A DNA stretch of 64,000 bases from positions 25,817-89,816 of the forward strand of contig NMRA01000952.1 of NCBI GenBank assembly GCA_002633005.1. Reading direction: 5' to 3'. Below are positions 10,901-20,729 of this stretch, piece by piece (position 1 is the first letter of the stretch; each line of letters opens with the position of its first letter). The DNA comes from Phoronis australis. Lineage: Eukaryota > Animalia > Phoronida. Under the pieces are notes generated by a model that was not told the DNA's origin, did not search any database, and saw nothing but the letters and a program-made list of their open reading frames with translations. A program made the translations under genes and the position numbers.

Positions 10901-13900
10901 CAATTTTACCTCTCTTAATCTGCTTTTCCAAACTTCACTTTCTTCTGAAAAAACAAACCAACGTAAAACAAAGGGGAAGATAAGATACATAAATAGGTTC
11001 TCAGAAACTGACTTCAACGTGAACAAGAAATGACATCAATGGCGACGTCTTGGCAGTCTTATTGCCGTTCATAATTTACAAGACCGAGATAAGTACCTGT
11101 AGTTAATACGCCCTCGACTACAAACCAAATGGTCTGCGTCAAAGCCGTTGTACAACTTTAATTGTACAACGGTTTTGAAGCAGACGCACATGTTCTTCCA
11201 TGAAAAAATACGGTTTTGATAGAACAAAAACTACCTAAGTTAGTGTTAGTGTTAGAGCATTCGGCAATTCTTTGTATTCTAGGGAGCTCTCTCGGAAACG
11301 TTTTCTCTAAAAGATTCTGTGATGTACAAAAAGCCACCAAAGGGACTCTTTCGAAAAAAAATGGTGGGAGATTTTCGGAAAATTTTATTGTATACCATAG
11401 CGCTCCCATTCAGCAGTGGGCTTCGATATTGCTATGCACTGTATGAGGGAGTGAGATTACATAATCCAACCCAGCGAATAGGCACTGAATGAGGCGAGTT
11501 GTTTCTACCTGGGAACAAATCTAATGATGTCAGGAGCAGAATGACACCGGTTTTAGTTCTGTAAGTTTTGTTTTGCTACTCTCTTCGTCTGCTGACGTAC
11601 ATGTAGCGCTTGATGGTCATGGCCTATGAGGTAATTCCAGTGACGATGTAATTGGTTTTCAATAGAATACCAGAGAACGTTTTAGTAGTTACAGTACGTG
11701 AGTGATTGATATAAAACCTTAGAGCAGCCCCTGGTACCGGTATATATTTGCAGAACGACTGGGTGAAGTTACAATTGAGGTACAGTTAAGTCTTAAACAT
11801 TGCTAATCAAATGCCAATGACCTTAAACTGTGGACAAATTAAAACCCAGGGTTAGACAATAGAGAACCAGCTAAAGAGACAGCAGATTATTGAATCAACG
11901 AGTTTCAATGTTAACAGTTAACGGAAGTATACCAGAAGTTCACCACAAGTCAAAACTTCATAGTGCCGGCTGGAGTATAGAACAGACTTTAGGGCTGACG
12001 TTTTGTTTGCGAAGACTTGTGAACGTACGGTCAAGAAAGGTGGTTCACTCTAATCTGTGGCCACTCTAACATCGCACCAAACTTATTAGCTCTAGTCAGT
12101 GACCACCTGCGCCGTGCTATCCATGGTGTAAAACGTGACAAAAGCCCTTAAAGTGTGAACCCACATTTTGATAAATTCACGGCAAAACTTATTTTAATTC
12201 TCAGGTGGGATGATTGTATTTAGGATGTTTCTAAAACCCTCGATCCCCTCGACTCCCACAGCCCTGGATCCCCTAGACCCACCATCCCCTCGACCCACAT
12301 CCCCTTCGAACCACAACCCCCTCGACCCACGACCTCCTTAACTCTTGACCCCCTTCCCCGACCCACGACCTGTGGCAGTAGAGGTATTTTTGCGCTTTTT
12401 ACATATTTCGTAATCTTATTACGTTGCTGAATGACTTTCCTTGAAGACGTGGTGGACGCACATTCACGTAGTAAGAAAATCGAAGACTTGTATGAAAAAA
12501 CTCCGATTCTCAGTTGAACGTTGGGCATTTCATCATGATTCATGCTTCATTGTCGCCGATTTTGTCTCTTTATTGTAATTATTCAGTGTCATTTATCTGT
12601 CTGTCGTTAAAGACATTTAATGCATTTTACCCCTTTTGAAAAATAATCTTGCGTGGGAGGTGCACCTGGGAAGCTGGGGGCTATAGCCCCCACTTATTTC
12701 ACTGCTGCACAGCCCATGCCTTGATGTAAGAAATTCGAATTTTGAGTTGTTACAGCGGACTAACACATTAGTGTACTCTCTGACTCCGCGCAGCAGGTCT
12801 CGTTCAGATGGAGCGCGTAGCAGCTCGCGTGCCAACTTTCCCGCCAGCTGTAGCGGCAGTTTGGTGCGCCAAACTGAAAAATGCTTCGCGATTCCTGTCC
12901 ATCGTCGGCATTTCTGTGCTGCCGGGGACAAAAGGACCATCGGCCAGTTTCCGTGCCTTGGAGGCCCGTTTGCCGTTTCTCTCAGAAAGGAGCGTTGTTC
13001 CTGGTTCTACTACATATGCATTGTTTATGGTGCGTTTGAAACGTGTAGCTGTTTGCTGCTAATTGTGCCGATTTGTACAGCTGTACAGACCCAACGAAGA
13101 CGATAACCTGACGGAGCCGAACCCGGCCTTGGGTCGAGGGGGTTGTGTGTCGATGGGGCTGTGGGTCGAGGGGGTTGTGGGACAAGGAGATCGATGTTGT
13201 GGGGATCGAAGAGGTCGTGGGTCGAAGAGGTTGTAGGTAGAGGGGTGTGGGGATCGAGGGGGTTTTAGAACTATCCTTGCATTTACTGTCACGGGGAGTC
13301 GAGAAAACGTCAATCATGGACTGATCACATCAGCCTGATTCCACTTTATTGGTAATTTGGATACTACAAGAGCAGTCTGTTGACAAGACAGTAATTAACT
13401 GGAAATATATCAAGGATCCTTTGAAGCACCAAAATTGTGAAAACGATATATGTTTCTTCTATTTCTTCCCCACTTTCCCGAAATGCAACTTAACACTCAA
13501 AGAACCCCAAGGGAGGCTTTTTGGCCATTGTTCTTGAAATAGTTCTAACGGGGATTTATGTTGGAAGGGACATTTTCGCGTGTTTTTAATGTGTTTTGCC
13601 CAAGTATTTTCGTTCAAGATTTCAATGTTAAGGCATATGCAAGGCTTCGTCACCAACCGTTTTAGCGGTATATTTCAGTATATGATAAACACAGCGAGAT
13701 CGCTCACCGTTGTCAAAATGCATGCCAATCCAGTAAGACATCAAAACAAACATCCCCAAACTTACAAAACGCCACGTTTTCCCTACCGTCTGCGTGCAAG
13801 CTTCCTCTGCGCGGACACGTCCACTGTTCCAAACTCATTAAAGCAGCTGTAGCTGGTATAAACTTGTGGCAGCCTCCTTGGATGATGGGCAACCTAGGAA

Positions 13901-16827
13901 AAAAGACTTAGATTTTGACACCAGGAGGCACTACCGATTACATGGAGATTTGACACAGGGTATAGAGCACTTCCGATGCGTGTGTGTAGTTAAAGTGCAC
14001 GGGTACGGAATTTGCGGTGCTAGTTTGGTGCTCGCTGATCCAGGACTGGGAGTTAGCGGGATCGCAGCTGAAATTTAAAAGCACAGCCAAGGAATAGCAT
14101 TTAGTTTCAAACCCTTGATCGCGTGGTGAATGTATCCTGCGTTGTATGATTCGATTCGCGTGACTGTTTGCCTTAAGAAATTTTGCTTCCGAAATATTCC
14201 GACTTTAAAACATTCAATGTCATTATCCCTGCACATGTATTATTGAAAGGCGTATCTATGCGATAACAATATACGATTAATTTCAGTAAAGAACATCTAA
14301 TCCACAAATGCTAAGCAAATGCAGTGCTCTCCTTTTGCGCTTTCATAAATTTTCTATTAAGCAGAAATGCGCTAGCCTAAAGTAGCCAAAAAAATAAAAT
14401 GCGACTCTATCGATGTTAAAAAGCACCATGCAAAATGCTGAATATAGGTAGTTTGTTTCAAACAATCGAAAGCTGTCAAATACTACTAGAAGTATAGCCG
14501 TAGACAGTTGGATGTGGCATACACTGTAGGTTTGAACGATAGCCGAGGTCCGGTCAAGGAACCGTCCATGGGCAGTGTAGGTCTGCTTCACACCACAGGT
14601 CAGTTTTGTTTCCAAATGAGTTCGAACAATCTATGACGTGAATGGACGATGACTCGGGGAGTGAAAAATTAGTGACGACGGGGGAAGCAAAAGGTCCACC
14701 AATCTCAATTTCGTACCAACCGCTTACTACGGCCATGGGCGAACGGTTACAGCTACCACACTTGAGAAAAATGCATCGAAGAACTAGGATTGGGTTACTT
14801 ACCTGACCCCTAGAGTGCACTGCAAGAAGGTGCAGATACCGCACATGAATAAGAAGGTTCCCAGCAACTCTGCTCGCACCTGTTCCAAGTGATCGGCACA
14901 AATGTAACGTGCCACGATTAGAGGAATGGAGACAGTAGAACTGATGCTGAGAAAGACTTGCTGTAATAATAACAGTGCGGCTTAGTTGGTGATTTGAACA
15001 ATTTAGCCTAAGTCACCTGCCGTTTACTGCAAAGATGTAAGCCGACACATGCCTATGCACGCGAAGAGTTTCAATACATGTTAAATTGGCCCGGGCGACA
15101 TATTCATGTCAACGATAGTAATTTCAAATACGAAAAATGTACAGACGTGCATTGTAATTAGGCGTAGGCTGTCGCAAAATTGAAGATGCTGTATACGTTT
15201 GTGAGCATGCGGTCAAATGAAATTGAAGCATTCCGCGAAATACCCTGCCATGGGTGTAAGGCACGAGAAGCGAACCTCACCCTCCAACGATAGTAAAGCA
15301 TTGCGACGACCTGGGGCTGTAGAACCCATGAAAAATTCTGGGGCGGCATAGGTGGCGATGGGCATCGGCAAACTCGGGGTCGAAGGGAAGGAGCTAAACT
15401 GATGGCGACCGGGCCAGCCGATATTGTTGTCAGCCGGGCGGAGGGAGGGCGCTCAACGTTGAGAAGAACTTTCTTCGCTCATGTCTTTATCTACTTAACT
15501 GAAGCTCCTATAGGAACCAGTGAAACATAACTATTTAGAAAGAGTTCTTCAGAAAACTTCAAAATTTCAGCATCATTTGATTCCGTGCAATGTCAACAGT
15601 GTTTATTTTGGAATACTATTTACTGTATCTGCGTTCACCGCAAAGGATTCGCCTTCATGCTGATGCATTTTCATTAAAAAATTACGTACACAAAACGTAT
15701 CGAGAGTGGCGTAGATGAAGTAATATCCCACTCGACATTACTCCGCGTATCGACCAAGACCTTTGTCGAGTGGGATATTACTTCATCTTCGCCAATCGAG
15801 GTACGTTTTGTATTGATCCCATACGCTTCGAAGTTTCTTTCATTTTTCGACAGATTTTTTGAAAACTTCACTCAGACTGTTCACGTGGCGAATCACATCC
15901 CATGTGTGTGCAATTTTTCTCTAGTAAAAGAAACAGTTTTAATTGTAACGATTTATTACTTAAAAAGAGGTAGCAAAGATAAAAACAACATTGTGCATTG
16001 AACTTGTAACATCTCCTCAAAATAGTTAAATAAAAACAATATTTGATATTGTGGTTACCGAAGAATAGGCGTCTTAGTTGCAGACGATAAAATATTTAGC
16101 AATTGAAAACTGACACAGAACTGCCATATAATTAGCAGTCCCGGCCTGTACCAGATGTTACTATTGGGACCTGATTGCATGTTGAGTGTCATGTACACTT
16201 CTACAATTGCATTACTTTAAACTATATTCGGAAAATTTAATGATCGAACCGGCTAACGACGTCAAGTCGACATTGACCTACCTTTTGAACTTTCCATGTC
16301 AGAGGTCACTGTTGAAGTAGTGCGGGAGGTGAATAGGAAAAACAATAATACATGGCCGTATTGCACTCGACTGATTTAATGCGTATGGAATAAATTTTGT
16401 GCTTCGAATTCCCTCACAAACTCTTCAAGAATGTGAAATCGCGGCATGGTCAGAAATGACCTGTCACTGAGACCAAGAGTTCAAATAATAAACATCAATC
16501 ATATCAGCCTACCTGCAGACCAAAGATAAACGCCATGTGAACGGGTGGACTGTCCTCGATTCCGTAAACGAGGCCTTGCTCACCTCTACGACTGCCCATT
16601 TCACGTTCATTTGTTGTGACATCGTCTGCAACCAAAAAACAGAAGACTCTCAAATGTTATCACAATATGCTAGACGAAGACTGCGCCAGTCAATCTGACG
16701 GTCCTAAATGCAAAAACGTTTTCAGATTAGGCCTACTTCCATTGCACGTCAGTTTGCGCTAACAGTGGCAAAAGAGTTGTACTGGACCTGTTTTCTCAAC
16801 AGTTGCCGGCGATGAATGGTTCTCCAT
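4520..16827 (-). CDS. SLC23: SLC23/NAT (NCS2) family nucleobase-ascorbate transporter, 13 coding exons, ~641 aa
   Basis: Hand-spliced exons, all GT-AG with consistent phase: 16788-16827, 16513-16625, 14803-14960, 13787-13893, 10910-10944, 10371-10552, 9705-9825, 9210-9372, 8165-8418, 7647-7834, 6653-6738, 6126-6221, 4520-4902 (1926 nt). Motifs: [75 protein letters not shown], NAT signature SQNIGAIGFTKVGSRR, LDNTVPGSDEERG. Confidence 0.93.
6126..6221 (-). CDS. SLC23: SLC23 exon 12
   Basis: [33 protein letters not shown]. Confidence 0.93.
6653..6738 (-). CDS. SLC23: SLC23 exon 11
   Basis: NQCILGLSLMLGMMLPNWLSAHPGIIKTG; its acceptor is triplicated (see findings). Confidence 0.9.
6721..6890. 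repeat. 70-bp tandem repeat (~2.4 copies) spanning the exon 11 acceptor of SLC23
   Basis: Units (c/a)ccaat(a/g)tgcactggttcctgcaataaatg... start at 6721, 6791 and 6861. Confidence 0.95.
7647..7834 (-). CDS. SLC23: SLC23 exon 10
   Basis: VGSRRAFQFSALIFVVCGCIGKFGAVLTMLPEPVLGG...FGMVSAVGVSTLQYLHLSSSR. Confidence 0.93.
8165..8418 (-). CDS. SLC23: SLC23 exon 9 (NAT motif)
   Basis: GQWGIPTVS...[11 protein letters not shown]...PPPPHAVNRGIAVEG...TTSYSQNIGAIGFTK. Confidence 0.95.
9210..9372 (-). CDS. SLC23: SLC23 exon 8
   Basis: VILSIAIAWSLCAILTAANVFP...YYARTDARLDALNNTGWFFFPYP. Confidence 0.93.
9705..9825 (-). CDS. SLC23: SLC23 exon 7
   Basis: TVCSVLFFSLYVSDVKVPLPGFSVKEKCHVIRYPIFKLIS. Confidence 0.9.
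10371..10552 (-). CDS. SLC23: SLC23 exon 6
   Basis: [45 protein letters not shown]...WGIAA. Confidence 0.93.
10910..10944 (-). CDS. SLC23: SLC23 exon 5 (35-nt mini-exon)
   Basis: EESEVWKSRLRE, which joins the next exon to give the conserved W..R.RE-IQG; ttttttcag acceptor and gtaaaa donor. Confidence 0.85.
12223..13276. mobile_element. Non-autonomous TIR DNA transposon with 9-bp TSD (MULE-like), in SLC23 intron 4
   Basis: TIRs GGATGTTTCTAAAACCC...GGGTTTTAGAACTATCC; inverted arrays of ccctcgacccac / gtgggtcgaggg; flanks TTGTATTTA (12214-12222) and TTGCATTTA (13277-13285). Confidence 0.8.
13787..13893 (-). CDS. SLC23: SLC23 exon 4
   Basis: LPIIQGGCHKFIPATAALMSLEQWTCPRRGSLHAD; tag acceptor and gtaggg donor. 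Confidence 0.9.
14803..14960 (-). CDS. SLC23: SLC23 exon 3
   Basis: [53 protein letters not shown]; gtaagt donor. Confidence 0.92.
15690..15811. repeat. Short inverted repeat / hairpin in SLC23 intron 2
   Basis: Perfect 25-bp arms agatgaagtaatatcccactcgaca / tgtcgagtgggatattacttcatct, extended imperfectly out to acaaaacgta / tacgttttgt. Confidence 0.85.
16513..16625 (-). CDS. SLC23: SLC23 exon 2
   Basis: [37 protein letters not shown]; cag acceptor and gtaggc donor. Confidence 0.9.
16788..16827 (-). CDS. SLC23: SLC23 exon 1 (putative start, MENHSSPATVEKT)
   Basis: ATG at 16827. The phase-1 donor AG|gtccag matches exon 2. Confidence 0.6.
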
Positions 16828-18086
16828 TGCCGGAGTTTAAACTTACGACATCTGTTGATAAGGGCTATAACTTTGGACCACACAATATCGTGTGCATACT
16901 TAATCATCTCTTAGGTAAACAGTGGAAAATAGGTCAGCATTCTATAGTTACAATGAACAAGATGTTTTTTCTGCCACGGTAGGACACTAACTCAGACTTG
17001 CTCTTATTGCACCAGTTGCTCGACACGGCCATTGACAAGCAAAGGTCTCAACAGCCGGACCAAATTTCCTTCTATGTCTTTAGATACTTAAAACGGAATC
17101 TAACGCGTGCATTATTATGTCATTGAAACATGATTTGATTTTGTTGATTTTGAACATTTATCGTTCTAAAGCCGGTCTTACACAAAATACCGTTATTATT
17201 TTGCACTGTTTTGGAGGTAGCTTTCACATCGGCTAGGTAAGTTCACAAAAATGAGGATTTTCTACAGCTTCGTGTCTGTGTTTCAATTCTTATAGTTGTT
17301 AACCCTGACCTACACCGACCGGTAATTCCCCTGTTTGAAATATTACCAATTGGTTGAGATCATGGTCGTATTCAAATTCAGGTAAGGTGAACGTTTAACC
17401 AATCACACGTATGTCAATCTATTACGAAATTAAGTTAACTATGAGTCTTTGAATTTTTCATCCGTTTTTTTCGGTATGTTTCCATAACACAAAAACTTCC
17501 CAAACTAAACGTTTCGTTTCTTTTTGATACCGATGCCACTAATTTGTGCGATTTAAAGCCTGTCGTCTTCAAATGATAAAACAAACTTTAAGGCAAATGT
17601 CCATCTGATTTTGGCCCAGCCGGAAATTTTCGTAATAATTTATGAAGCGCACATATTTTGTCAAAAAAATTTTAGAGACGGGATTAGTAAAATGACATCA
17701 TAATCATATATTTTTACAAGAGCTTTAACTTGGAAGTACTTTAAAAAAAAATCCGTAAGAATCTTGAATAACATATGAAATGTGTAAGACTTGTGGGTAA
17801 TTTGTGAGGGTTGACATGTACAGGTTTGCCATAGTTACTTCAAAATATCGGTCATCCCACCCAAGGTCAATCTCGCCGAAACACTTTGCTACCTAATTGC
17901 CTTCGCTTACCCTTAACGATCGAGTCAACAAGCGACAGCTCTGCATCCAAGCCGTCAAGCTGCACGCGACTACCCCTACAGTTCCTGAGACCTTTTTCCA
18001 TGAGATCTGTTGTCGACGAAAATGTCTGTATGCAAAAAATTGAGAGTACGTGAACTTATGACACCAGCTAACGAACTCCAGTCATT

Positions 18087-18333
18087 GGGTCCGTTCCTAG
18101 AAACGGACATAAGTTATTTTTGACTGGAGTCTATGATTTGTCTCAACTTCCAAACTTTGAAACTTCCACTTACGGTATGTCAAAATTAGGATAAAACGAA
18201 GGTCAAAACTTAATATGTCAAACTCATTAGATCATTTTCAAAAAGAGGACTTGAGACAAATTTGATATTTATCTTAAACATGACTGAAATGCAAGGTTTG
18301 TCCTGAGTAAATCAGATGTCTTGGAACTGGACC
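18087..18333. mobile_element. MITE-like element
   Basis: Imperfect TIRs ggtccgttcctagaaac ... gatgtcttggaactggacc. Confidence 0.45.
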
Positions 18334-18983
18334 TTTAATTCTTATACTGCTCTCAGCACGTCACGAAATGTCTGAAGCGCAAAACGGTTCACAAACTACA
18401 TGTACTCATAACACGTAACGGTGTGCTTGTCCTCACGCATAAATAGAAAGGTCTAAAATGGACACAAAGTTGTGTAAAAAGGTATCTTTGTTCTCCATCA
18501 CCTTAAATTACCTAAAATCACCAATCCACGCCATATATTAGGAAAATATAAATATATAAGTCCCAGTGTACATTTGGAAGAGACAAACGTGCACGTTACG
18601 GTGTAACAGTACAGTGTCAAGGGGCGAATAAGGGCGCTTCGGATTACCCAGCGACACTCGAATCGTGCAATATCTGTCAAGTACTTTTGTTGTGGGTTAT
18701 CTGCAACTAGTAATCAGATTTGTTTGTGCAAGTGGATGCTTTTGTGTATTTGTTCTGTACCTTTACTCATAAACCTAAAATCAGAGAAACGCTTGAACTG
18801 CCCATGCATTTTATTTAAGCACACTCACTGGTTAAAATTCAGCTCACGGCATAAAAGTGGTGGCTGTGAAATACATGGATATGCAGCGTACGTATTTTAT
18901 ACTACCGGTATCTAAAAAACAACAAAACGAAGAACGAAAAGCGCTCAGCACGGTGCTTAAAAAATTAGTCCATTAAGTTCTAC

Positions 18984-19865
18984 CTATTCATATTCGGCGG
19001 CAATGCAGCACAGCATTCTTTGCCATCGTGGAACGACACTGTGGTCTTTGGAGGAGGGGCTTGTGTAGACTTTGGTAGAGCGGTCATTTTTTCTGAAAGT
19101 CGTCTTCAATTTCTTGAAGAAACCCTGTTTAGCATTTTGTGAATTATTAGAGGAAGCGGGGGTACTGGCGTTCTCCGCAACGTTAAGGCTGACTGCATCA
19201 GAAGATGTCGCATTGTTGGGCAATTCTGCGACACATTATGGGTTGCCGTCATACTCACGAATGTATACAACGTCACCTGATTTGTCGGTGCGAGATTTCG
19301 TAATCATGACGTCCTCAGCATCGCGTTGAGGGCTACAGAAGCTTCTTGTGACATGTTTGGCAGAACAAATTGCACTCTGGAATAACGCCGCGGGACCAGT
19401 GGGCTTGACGTTCTCTACAAGCCGACCGTGAACGCTGTCTGGTTTCTAAGGAATTGGAAATCTAACGATGACCTGACTTTTCTCTGGCTTGTTAGCACTG
19501 CATGTAGCCGAGATTGGATCTTTTCTCTCCAGTAACTGAGGCTCTGCGATTTCACATGCGTTGTTCTGCTCGATTTTTGTCGCCTTTTTGTGTCGCATTC
19601 TATGAAATACTCGATGGGGCGGGGTTTGCTTGTGGGTTATGCGGTTTGCCTCAGATTTTCGGCTTAACAACTCACCCTGATAGCAACGCAAGTCATTTAT
19701 GTATCCATCGTAGATTTCTTTTACTCTAACATCAGGCTCCGCTTCATTGAGGGCGACAGCAGCGTCCAATACTTCGGCCAACCATTTTTCATCGTCGATG
19801 TTTGTGCAATGGTCTGCGTTACCGATCATGAAGCTCCACACAAAAGATACTACTTTATCAGTCAT
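18984..19865 (-). pseudogene. Intronless orphan ORF (294 codons) with two in-frame stops
   Basis: ORFs 19446-19970 and 18984-19223 share a frame, and the 69 codons between the two stops are open. The stops are TAG at 19446-19448 and TAA at 19236-19238. Confidence 0.55.
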
Positions 19866-20360
19866 TCTCAAACCAGATTGAGAAATACAACAAACACACC
19901 ACACTAAATATAATGTCATGTCTTCGAGAAAATTTTCTAATTTCCATCCGGTAGCCATTTGTAGGTACATTATACAAATGATTAATGATTACGTACAATG
20001 TACGTCAACAGTAGCACGACGTCACAAATCAAAGACGTCATTGATTCCGAAAAAGTCTCAAAGTTTGCTAACTTTTTTATGACAGTTACCTTGAGACGAT
20101 TATAACTTTTCACTGAACTGCGACTTGCTCGTTATGAAAATTGGTGTTATTTTGTCGACCAACAGTTCTTGGGCAATTTTCTTAGTTTTTAATAACAATT
20201 TTCAAACTACCTTAAAACATGCATAATCTCATTAAATTGCAAATGAAGGACTAAATTTAGACTCGTCAACTACATCGGGAACGCAACCTACATGTACGAA
20301 TTGGAGATGAAAAAGAAGACCATCCACCTGAACCTGCCGCTTCAAATTCGTCGACACGAG

Positions 20361-20729
20361 CATGTCTGGTTTAGTCACGTCCTCTAGACAGTTACCGGAT
20401 GTAGCCATGTACGCCGAGTCTGTGTCCATCTCGCAATATTCGAAATCGGATCTCTCGACCACATGAAGTACTAGTAAAATTCCAACATGCGCAACTTTGC
20501 GTACTGATAAACAAAGAAGCCACGAAAGCATCGAGGTGCCTCTCTAACGGGTCTAATTAAACCAATTAAGTCATGAGGTGTGACGTCTTTGACACATTTG
20601 TCCGGTAGGCGGATGATGTCCCTTCCGATTGCATCCATCCTATGTAACCTTTGACCTTTCTTGTCGGATTTATGGCCTTTAACCGAGGAGCCGCTAAAAC
20701 GGGCATCTTAAACCTCTTACTATACTACT
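20361..20729 (-). mobile_element. Polinton/Maverick-like relic: protein-primed PolB fragment plus candidate terminal sequence
   Basis: Minus strand 20521-20361 reads GFFVYQYAKLRMLEFY*YFM, then a frameshift, then VERSDFEYCEMDTDSAYMATSGNCLEDVTKPDM (PolB motif C, DTDS). The segment ends ...ctcttactatactact at 20729, which reads AGTAGTATAGTAAGAG on the minus strand. Confidence 0.75.
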
